Shown one piece after another: positions 56,215-64,000 of a stretch of 64,000 nucleotides of DNA. Source of the stretch: a virus; IMG/VR virus record IMGVR_UViG_3300024581_003792, positions 1 through 64,000 of that record. One strand, 5' to 3'. The notes under the pieces were generated by a model, which saw only the letters and a list, made by a program, of their open reading frames with translations, did no database searches and was not told the DNA's origin. A program made the translations under genes and the position numbers. Position 1 is the first letter of the stretch. Each line of letters opens with the position of its first letter.

Positions 56215-58524
56215 ATGGCTGTACATAGAAATCGAGTAATTTATCAATCAGAAGCATTATTCATTAGCCCCGACGCTACTGGATATCACTTTACCGGAGC
56301 TTCCGGAATCGAGACAATCGCAAATGTCGGAGATGGGCCATTTGGTCTTATGACTCCTCCTCTTAGTGGTCGCCAAACCATTGGAGGCTCAGTTACATCT
56401 CCAGCAAAAAATAACGCAGGTCAAGCAGTTGGATGGCAAGAAGGAGATGCTTGGCCAGTATGGAATCCTGGTAATGCTGCGGGAGCAAAAGCTCAATTCG
56501 ATGGAAAAGTAGTTAAGAGCGATGCACAAGAAAATATTAGCATAACATCTATACGTGCGGGATCCGCTGGTGATGCGACTACTGCAGCAGCAAACGGAAC
56601 CACTGATACAATTAGATCGGTTTTGAATGATATAGGTGAAAACGGCCCATTGACAGCTGGAGATGAAACACTAATCCTAGATGCTGGTCAGACTATAACT
56701 TTAGGTGGTGGTGTAAATGAAGCACAATCTACTGTAGTTCAAGCAGGTATCACTTATACGGCAGTAACTGCAGGTGCAGCGGGTGATGCTATAACAATCA
56801 CACATACTGATGCTGGCGCTGGCAATCCAATTGCTATCACCGTTGCTGGTAATGATATTGCTGTATCCGCTGATGTTGCAGGTCCTACTACTAATCTAGA
56901 TGTTGTAGCCGCAATCACTGCTGATGTCGATGCTAGTGCATTAGTTACTGCAGCCCAAGCCGGAGGTAATTTTGCTGCAGCTGCACAGGCTAATTTAGCT
57001 GGTGGTGTAGATGAAGTAAAGGCGTCTTTCAACGGAAATTTAGAGGTTGCAAATAAAACAGTTGATGTTAAAATTGTTTCCAACGGATTTGGTGCCGCTG
57101 GTAACTTCACTATTGCGAGCGCAAGTTTCGATGGTGTTACCAATTTAACTAATTTGGTAGGAGCACAAGGAACTGTAACTGCTGGAGGAAGCACTGTTTT
57201 TCCTATTGGTACTCCTGATATTATTGTTGGCGGTGGCGATGCATACGAAGCCGTTGCTCATGGTACAATCATCAAGCAACTCAAAAGAGTTCAATCTGCT
57301 AATTACGGATTTACTATCAATCGTCAAGACGTAAATCAATTTGGTCATGCCTCAAGATTAGATGCGGTCATTATCGAATCTCCCACCGTTAATCTTGACT
57401 TTTCTTATTATCTATTAGACGGATATAACGAAAGAATGCTCGAGTTTGTAACTGACGGTCAGACTAACACGCTTAGTGGATCATTAACCCCTGAGCTTTA
57501 TCAGGCTGGTAACAACTTCTTTATTCTCACTACTCCAGAATCTAGGGATGCTGTAGCTGGTGATGTATCTTTGAATAGCGAAGTTGATCATATGGGTAAC
57601 TCCAAAGAAGAAACAAAAAGTGTTATCTCCTTGGGTAATGGTTACGTAACTGACTACAGTGTTGACATTGCAGTAGGAGCTATTCCAACCGTTAATGTAA
57701 CTGTTGAAGGAATGAACATCCGGGCCGATCATGGAACAACCGGTAATGATCTTCCAGCAATGGACATGAAGGATGGATCAAAAATTAGTTCCGCATGGCA
57801 AACTGCTGCCGACGGTTCGATTCAAAAAGGAGTAGGGCGTGGAGCCGACGGATGTACTGGGTTATATTCGTTACCACCTGCCGATAAATTCTTTACTGGA
57901 TGCGGTGATGTTGCGGCACTTCGCCCTGGAGATGTTGTTGTTGATTTAGCTAACAAGAGCTTGCTTTCTCAATCGGTAAGCGGTAACTCTCAGCGTCCGA
58001 TTGTTGGTAGTGCTCATGTTCAATCTGTCAATATCAGCCTTCCTCTCTCGAGGACTCCATTGCAAAGACTTGGATCAACTTTTGGCTTCTCAAAGGCAAT
58101 CGATTTACCTCTTACCGCTACATTTAGTGTAAGCGCCCTGCTTTCAGATCTGAAAGAAGGTAATATGGTTGATTTATTATGTGACTGCGAAGAGTTTGAT
58201 GTAGGAGTAACTATTTATGACTCAGAGTGTAACGACTGTAAGGTCAAAGAAGATCCTAATAATGTCGCCATGCGATATACCCTAAAGGGAGCAAGACTTG
58301 AGTCCGAGAATTTCTCAAGCTCTATTGGTGACAATAAAACTGTAGACCTGGTGTTCTCTACTCAAGTAGGAAGTTCCGATGATCAGCTCAATGGTTTATA
58401 CATATCAGGAAAAGAAGCGAGAATGGGATCTCACCAAGGAAAAGGGCTTCCTCCAGCCTGGACCGGAATTGGCGGCCAAACCTTAGATGCAGCATCCGGA
58501 TTTCTATTTGGTTACAGACCATAA
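56215..58524 (+). CDS. major tail (tube) protein with a large Ala/Gly/Thr-rich insertion
   Basis: AGGAG Shine-Dalgarno; RNRVIYQSEALF, RVQSANYGFTINRQDVNQFG, SSSIGDNKTVDL. Confidence 0.65.
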   Translation: MAVHRNRVIYQSEALFISPDATGYHFTGASGIETIANVGDGPFGLMTPPLSGRQTIGGSVTSPAKNNAGQAVGWQEGDAWPVWNPGNAAGAKAQFDGKVVKSDAQENISITSIRAGSAGDATTAAANGTTDTIRSVLNDIGENGPLTAGDETLILDAGQTITLGGGVNEAQSTVVQAGITYTAVTAGAAGDAITITHTDAGAGNPIAITVAGNDIAVSADVAGPTTNLDVVAAITADVDASALVTAAQAGGNFAAAAQANLAGGVDEVKASFNGNLEVANKTVDVKIVSNGFGAAGNFTIASASFDGVTNLTNLVGAQGTVTAGGSTVFPIGTPDIIVGGGDAYEAVAHGTIIKQLKRVQSANYGFTINRQDVNQFGHASRLDAVIIESPTVNLDFSYYLLDGYNERMLEFVTDGQTNTLSGSLTPELYQAGNNFFILTTPESRDAVAGDVSLNSEVDHMGNSKEETKSVISLGNGYVTDYSVDIAVGAIPTVNVTVEGMNIRADHGTTGNDLPAMDMKDGSKISSAWQTAADGSIQKGVGRGADGCTGLYSLPPADKFFTGCGDVAALRPGDVVVDLANKSLLSQSVSGNSQRPIVGSAHVQSVNISLPLSRTPLQRLGSTFGFSKAIDLPLTATFSVSALLSDLKEGNMVDLLCDCEEFDVGVTIYDSECNDCKVKEDPNNVAMRYTLKGARLESENFSSSIGDNKTVDLVFSTQVGSSDDQLNGLYISGKEARMGSHQGKGLPPAWTGIGGQTLDAASGFLFGYRP

Positions 58525-58550
58525 TCTTAAGTAAAAAAACTTATTTAAAA

Positions 58551-58584
58551 AAATACACCGCAGTCGAATGGCTGCGGTGTATTT
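58551..58584 (+). terminator. hairpin after the tail tube gene, overlapping a GTGTA motif
   Basis: AAATACACCGCAGTC-GAAT-GGCTGCGGTGTATTT. Confidence 0.7.
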
Positions 58585-58590
58585 ATATAT

Positions 58591-59949
58591 ATGGCTTTTA
58601 GAGATAGAACTGCAATGCGTTATAATTCTGTCGGTCTTTTCTTGACCGACTCTCCGGCGCATAAACCTAAAAGTAAAGATACTAAGTTTTTTAATAGAAT
58701 CCAATCTGCCGGATTCTCCATAGATGTTCAGAGGCAAAACGTTCAACAAATAGGTTCCGAAGATTTTGTAGACAGAAAAATAGTTTCAAACGCCACGATC
58801 AACGTAGATATAGAATATCTATTAACAGATGGATACGAAGAGAAAATATTAGGATTAAATATCGCACCACCTTCAGTTATTTACGATAAGAATCAAGACG
58901 AAATACCTGTAGATTTCACGACTAGTGGGACGATATATAATGATCTACAGGAAGATAAGTCAATGTTTTTTATGATAGGAGAAGAACAGTTTGACTTAAC
59001 TGGATACGGAAAAAAAGAGGGTGGATTTTCAGGCTTAGATGTTATTTCGGTGGGTAATTGTTTTGTAACAAATTATTCAATATCTGCAAGTGTTGGAGAT
59101 TTTGCCAAATCATCAGTTTCGTTAACTGCATCAGATATATCTTATGGATGCGTAGGATCAGGTAAGGGAGGCTTTGTTTGGAAACAAATATCTGATACTT
59201 TGGGGGCCTTGCTGTTACAAATAGATGATAGTGATGACGACTTTGTTTTATTTCAGGACGAAGGTAAGATATTATTCGAAGAAAACTTACAAACAGAAGA
59301 ATTAGGAGGAGCAAAAAATCCATCTATGGATTTAAGCAAAGGAGGGGTTGAATCCACGTCTGGATTTGTGTTTAATCCTTATTTATATCATGCGCCTGTA
59401 AGTGCCATCAGGCCTGGCGGAATCTTTGTAAGAATTAAAAACATAGATGTAGGAGGTCCAGTACTCTCTATTGACGGAGGAGGTATATGTATGGAGGGAG
59501 AGGCTAATATACAATCTTTTGATATTTCTGTACCATTTGAAAGAGAAAATTTGGGCGGATTTTCATCAATGCATGTATTTGGAAGAAAAATGAAGTACCC
59601 GCAAATCGGAACAATATCCCTTTCTTTGCTTGCAAGCGCATTTACAGAGGGTAATTTTCAAGATATTTTTTGTGATGATGGTGAATACGAAATTGAAATC
59701 GAAATGACAAATACATGCAAAGCGAGCTGTCTAAAAAGGCAACCTGTAGAAAAACATATGCACTATAGTATTAATAATGCAAAACTAGATGGTTATACTA
59801 CTAATTTTTCTGTAGGAGGAGTTGCTACGGTTGATTGTAGTTTTTCTTTTGGCATGAGCAGGAATAACGGATTATTTATAAGCGGCACTCATGAGAACTA
59901 TAAATTAGGTTATTGTGATACTTTTAGATTAAGGCCTGAGTTGGTTTAA
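58591..59949 (+). CDS. second tail-tube-like protein (paralog)
   Basis: RIQSAGFSIDVQRQNVQQIG, YLLTDGYEE and GNCFVTNYSI align by eye with 56215. Confidence 0.65.
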   Translation: MAFRDRTAMRYNSVGLFLTDSPAHKPKSKDTKFFNRIQSAGFSIDVQRQNVQQIGSEDFVDRKIVSNATINVDIEYLLTDGYEEKILGLNIAPPSVIYDKNQDEIPVDFTTSGTIYNDLQEDKSMFFMIGEEQFDLTGYGKKEGGFSGLDVISVGNCFVTNYSISASVGDFAKSSVSLTASDISYGCVGSGKGGFVWKQISDTLGALLLQIDDSDDDFVLFQDEGKILFEENLQTEELGGAKNPSMDLSKGGVESTSGFVFNPYLYHAPVSAIRPGGIFVRIKNIDVGGPVLSIDGGGICMEGEANIQSFDISVPFERENLGGFSSMHVFGRKMKYPQIGTISLSLLASAFTEGNFQDIFCDDGEYEIEIEMTNTCKASCLKRQPVEKHMHYSINNAKLDGYTTNFSVGGVATVDCSFSFGMSRNNGLFISGTHENYKLGYCDTFRLRPELV

Positions 59950-59986
59950 ATTTTTTACGTGTAATATATCATAGGTATAAGGAATT

Positions 59987-62900
59987 ATGGCAGGTATTAG
60001 GGCAGACGTAAATTTAAGCGTTAACACGTCAAATGTTAAACGTAGCCTTGATCGTGCAACAAACGAAATCAATAAAGTTGTTAACGGAATTAGCGGTAAG
60101 CAGGTTTCTTTTAATGTAAATCAGAAAAGCTTTACGCAACCTCTTGGTAGGATTACTCAATCTGCTAATGAGTTCACTAAATCACTTGAGGCTTCAAATG
60201 CTCGGGTTATTGCCTTTGGACTATCTGTATCCATAATCAATGGCATTAGTGATGCCTTTAGGAGTTTAGTAGTAGAGGCAGTCAGGTTTGAAAAAACAAT
60301 GGCCGACATTAATGCTGTCATGGGTATGTCAAACGAAGGTTTAGCTGAATTTGGTGAAGGTCTTTTTGATGTAGCGCAAGCAACTGCTCAATCTTTTAAT
60401 GTTGCTGCCGAAGCAGCTTTGGAATTTTCAAGACAAGGCCTTGAAACTGAAGAAGTTTTGAGAAGAACTAATGACGCCTTAATACTAACAAGATTAACCA
60501 GCTTAGATGCCGCTGATGCGGTATCTGGATTAACTGCAGCAGTAAATGCATTTGGTAAAGCAGGATTGACTACCACTGATATTATTGATAAACTTGCTGC
60601 CGTAGATGTTGCCTTTGCTGTCAGCTCTGAAGACTTAATTAATGCCCTGCAAAGATCTGGCGCTGTAGCTATAGACGCTGGGGTTGAGCTTGACAGTTTG
60701 ATTGGTATAGTAGCCGCCCTACAGCAAACTACAGCCAGAGGTGGGGCTGTAATTGGTAATAGTTTAAAAACTATCTTCACAAGAATTCAGAGGCCGGAAT
60801 CTATCAGGCAAATAGAAGATCTTGGTATAGTTGTTAGAGATTTAAGTGGCGCAATTCTTCCCGCCGATAAAATCTTATTAAATATGGCCAAAAGCTTTGA
60901 TGGTCTGACGCAAGCTCAACAATCAAATGTGGTTCAGTTTTCCGCAGGTATATTTCAGGCAAACGTTTTTCGTGCTGCTTTGGCAGATTTAGCTAAAGAT
61001 CAAAGCCTGCAAGCGAAAGCTACCGAAATTTCATCAAAAGCCTCTGGAGAGGCCGCCAAAAAAAATGAACTTTTAAATAAAACCATCTCGGCTCTTGCTT
61101 CTCAAACTGGCACTAAAATTCAAGAATTGGCTGCGGTGCTTGGAGAAATGTCTCTTGGCCCAGGAATCGGAAGCGCATTAGAGTTTTTGAGCGAACGATT
61201 AGATGAAATAAGAGGTATCCTTGGCGGAGGAGAAGAGGAAGGTAGTACTTTTGCCAAAGGATTAGTTCGTGGAATAGGAAATATAATTACAGGTCCAGGC
61301 GCCATAGCATTTGGAGCAATTTTTATAAAAATGTTTATGAACATTGCCAAGTTTGCTCAAACATCAATGAAGGATGTTCTTGGTGTGGTGAGCCAAAAAG
61401 ACAAAATAAGAAACATGGAAGAGGCAATTCTTCAAGCTTTATCCAAAAACGTACATATTCAGCAATCCTTGAACAACCTAGAGGGTGATCGACTGGCTCA
61501 GGAAAAATTTATGCTTGGAATAATAGAGGCTCAAACCCAGGCGATGAAAGAGCAGCAAATGCTTGCGAGAAGTTTAGCTGGACCACTTGTTCAGAAAGGT
61601 GTCAGCCCTACTATGATAGGAGCATCATCGGGCGTTGTACCAGAAGCAGCCAAAAAGCAGGAAAGACGTGGAGCGATACAAGGAGGATATTCTCCCGGAG
61701 CCATCGATTCAATGCAGGTTGCCGGGCTTGGTAAGGTTATATACAATAAAGCCGAAACTGTAAAGCAGTTTCCAGGTATGAAGCAGCCAGCAATCATGCC
61801 GCCAGAAAGAAGTAAGGCGGGTACTGTATATCAAAAATCTTTCAAAGAAAGGCATGGCTTTGATCCCTATGCTAGCCACGGCTTTGTGCCCAACTTTGCT
61901 ATGAAAAGAGGGGCTACCCTGGTGATGGATAAAGCTAAATTAAAAATATTTGGCACCGATGTTGACATAGGAAAAGCAGTTAATAAAAAATACCAAGAAA
62001 TTCAAGATCATTTTCAAACAAAGACGCCAATTAATATAGAAGCTGGACTAAACCAAATCATTACTTCTTCCAGTAAGCAGAAGAAAGAAAGTACGGGCAA
62101 AGAATCTTTGTTTGAAAGTTTCGAGGGTTTATCTGAGGCGGGTATACGATCCATCGAGAGGCCTTTTGATGTAAGAAATATTGGCGCCGCTAAATCAAGA
62201 AGTAAAAAACCTAAAAAAATAACAAACGCAGAGTTTGCAGAAAAAAAGGTTATGGGTCTTCTTAATAGGGAGCAAAGCGTTGACAAGGTGGACAAAAAAG
62301 AAAGTTACCGACTTACTCATGATCCTGAAACAAACAGGGGCACCCCCGATTACCCTGTAGACATTATCTCATATGGTCAAAATTATCCAACTTATGAAGT
62401 TAAGAGCGGCAGCTTTGATCCAGCAAATCTTATATCTAAAAGTCTTCGTATGGCTTCTGATCGAGAGTTGCCAAACTGGATGCAACAAAATAAAATAAGC
62501 GGCGGCAAAAAACTACAAGAAAGAAAACTTAAAAAAGCCGAAACCTTGTCAAAGAAATTAGATTTATATGACCCCAAGCAAAAGAAAAGCGCCAAAGAAG
62601 AGGGGTTTGAATTTAGTCAAGATTTTGCTGACGAATGGGGATTAAGTCAAGGGTTTATTCCTAACTTTGTGGCAAAACATCACATTGATCAAGGTTTTGT
62701 AGAAAAATATACAAGCGTAAGAAATAATTTAGGCGAAAGGTTCAAAGATAAGCAAGAATTCTTAGAATACTTTAAAACACAAGCAAAAAACGTAGTACAA
62801 AAACTAAAGAATAACCTAGAGTTAAGCTCTGACCCAAATAAGAAAGAAAAGCAAAAAATCGCAGGTATCAATGAGGAAGACTTCGAGAAAGCGACTTCAT

Positions 62901-64000
62901 TTTACAATACACTTCCTCTAGCTAAGACAAGAAAAAGTATAGATAAACTACTTGCTAATAAAGACTTATTTGTTAATATAAACAAGGCTCAAGCAAAAGA
63001 AGATGTTAATCAACTAGGGATACGATCTGTTGGTGATTTTTATCGAAAAACAGACTTCGGCCAGCAGGCGACTTTTGATAAGACTTTAACTACAATAAAA
63101 AATATTGGTTATCAACAGGAGGTTGATTTAGCAAAAGATGCCCTAGACAAAGTAAGAAGTTTAACTGAATCTAAAAAAGCAGCCGTTTCAAAAACAAGAT
63201 TAAAGGGAGACTTATTCGAAAAAGCCATTTCTATACTAGCAGGTCAACCTTTTAAAAAGGGTAAAGATGCGTTAGATTTCTCAAGGGCACAAGATAGACC
63301 TGTATTGATGGATCCTGAGATTCGAGAGCAGATCGATTTAGGTGAAGACGTCATATATGGTGATGCAGAATCAGGAAGTGGGCACAAACTACATTTAATG
63401 AGAGATAAGGTTATTCGTGAGCTGGAAGAAGGAGGGGAATTATATAGTCTAATTCAAGGAGAAGGCGACATTAATTTACCGGGAGAAACTTTTACAGATA
63501 TTGTTGCCAACGGATCCGACGCCAAGCCAAAAGACTCATCTAGTATAAAATTAGATGATTTATTAACAAGTAGTCGGACGTCAAGCGGCACAAAAAAAGC
63601 GATAGAAAAATCTTTAACAAAAAAATACGAAGGCAAAATAACTCCTGCGCAAAGAAAAAAAGAATACCAAAGAAATGTCAAATTTGATTATTACGTTGAC
63701 GATGTTAACCTAGAGAATCTAAAAGTAGACAGAAGAACTAGATTAGGCAAAGAACTAGGTAATATAGATCGGCAGTTTTTAGCAGTAACATCTCAAACCA
63801 ACAGCGACGGCCTTGTTCCTAATTTTGCATCTTTCATGTCTCCTCTTAGATTTGATATAGGCGACGAAAAAAGTAACGGTAAATCTTATGTAGCAAGAAC
63901 AGCTAAATCAGGAAAATTGTTCCTGCTAGATAGGGGTTTAAATCCATTCAGAGAATATATGGAAAGTCAGGGCAAGCCAACCCCTGTTATGAGTCAAGGA
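59987..64000 (+). CDS. tail tape measure protein (partial, runs off window; absent from ORF track)
   Basis: AAGGA Shine-Dalgarno; MAGIRADVNL...FEKTMADINAV...EFSRQG...TARGGAVIGNSLKTIFTRI (TP901-type core); frame spot-checked at 61.9, 62.3, 62.7, 63.2 and 63.8 kb. Confidence 0.88.
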   Translation, partial: MAGIRADVNLSVNTSNVKRSLDRATNEINKVVNGISGKQVSFNVNQKSFTQPLGRITQSANEFTKSLEASNARVIAFGLSVSIINGISDAFRSLVVEAVRFEKTMADINAVMGMSNEGLAEFGEGLFDVAQATAQSFNVAAEAALEFSRQGLETEEVLRRTNDALILTRLTSLDAADAVSGLTAAVNAFGKAGLTTTDIIDKLAAVDVAFAVSSEDLINALQRSGAVAIDAGVELDSLIGIVAALQQTTARGGAVIGNSLKTIFTRIQRPESIRQIEDLGIVVRDLSGAILPADKILLNMAKSFDGLTQAQQSNVVQFSAGIFQANVFRAALADLAKDQSLQAKATEISSKASGEAAKKNELLNKTISALASQTGTKIQELAAVLGEMSLGPGIGSALEFLSERLDEIRGILGGGEEEGSTFAKGLVRGIGNIITGPGAIAFGAIFIKMFMNIAKFAQTSMKDVLGVVSQKDKIRNMEEAILQALSKNVHIQQSLNNLEGDRLAQEKFMLGIIEAQTQAMKEQQMLARSLAGPLVQKGVSPTMIGASSGVVPEAAKKQERRGAIQGGYSPGAIDSMQVAGLGKVIYNKAETVKQFPGMKQPAIMPPERSKAGTVYQKSFKERHGFDPYASHGFVPNFAMKRGATLVMDKAKLKIFGTDVDIGKAVNKKYQEIQDHFQTKTPINIEAGLNQIITSSSKQKKESTGKESLFESFEGLSEAGIRSIERPFDVRNIGAAKSRSKKPKKITNAEFAEKKVMGLLNREQSVDKVDKKESYRLTHDPETNRGTPDYPVDIISYGQNYPTYEVKSGSFDPANLISKSLRMASDRELPNWMQQNKISGGKKLQERKLKKAETLSKKLDLYDPKQKKSAKEEGFEFSQDFADEWGLSQGFIPNFVAKHHIDQGFVEKYTSVRNNLGERFKDKQEFLEYFKTQAKNVVQKLKNNLELSSDPNKKEKQKIAGINEEDFEKATSFYNTLPLAKTRKSIDKLLANKDLFVNINKAQAKEDVNQLGIRSVGDFYRKTDFGQQATFDKTLTTIKNIGYQQEVDLAKDALDKVRSLTESKKAAVSKTRLKGDLFEKAISILAGQPFKKGKDALDFSRAQDRPVLMDPEIREQIDLGEDVIYGDAESGSGHKLHLMRDKVIRELEEGGELYSLIQGEGDINLPGETFTDIVANGSDAKPKDSSSIKLDDLLTSSRTSSGTKKAIEKSLTKKYEGKITPAQRKKEYQRNVKFDYYVDDVNLENLKVDRRTRLGKELGNIDRQFLAVTSQTNSDGLVPNFASFMSPLRFDIGDEKSNGKSYVARTAKSGKLFLLDRGLNPFREYMESQGKPTPVMSQG

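Noticed and set aside
2058-59323. Many short alternate-frame or antisense ORFs inside long genes (e.g. 4366-4806, 17346-17669, 44403-44798, 56754-57194)
   Set aside because: They are fully nested in well-supported genes and have no motifs or start signals.
60388-63681. Minus-strand ORFs listed in the track over the last 4 kb
   Set aside because: They are antisense shadows of the tape measure gene, which is open on the + strand from 59987 to the window end.
1-64000. Stop-codon reassignment
   Set aside because: Long genes are intact in the standard code, and TAA, TAG and TGA all terminate well-supported genes.

Overview
This window is 64 kb of a large, AT-rich tailed dsDNA phage genome using the standard genetic code. 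It has a long tape measure, two tail-tube paralogs and no recognisable sheath. A marine PVC/Verrucomicrobia-like host is a weak inference. Bases 1-17.0 kb are an early/accessory region: rIIA/rIIB, a thermonuclease, DUF932- and Gp88-like genes, about 40 small ORFs, sigma70-type promoters that mostly give leaderless mRNAs, and a structured ~210-nt ncRNA candidate. Within it, seven copies of an exactly 67-bp element (25-bp dyad, 17-bp GC palindrome, 25-bp dyad, with IHF-consensus half-sites) divide 9.0-16.2 kb into promoter-bearing gene cassettes. Bases 17.3-64 kb are the late/structural region: LamG/PKD/cupredoxin adhesin-like proteins with a shared N-terminal module, Hsp20 behind a sigma54-type promoter, an orphan MbcA/ParS-type antitoxin domain, PhoH, a TM+GAF protein, a phage sigma factor, an ERCC4-like nuclease, terminase, portal, protease/scaffold, capsid, tail proteins and a tape measure that runs off the window. 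The tape measure carries G(F/L)(V/I)PNF-delimited nuclease-like domains, and many late genes are preceded by a GTGTA motif. All family calls come from motifs recognised by eye; no searches were run.
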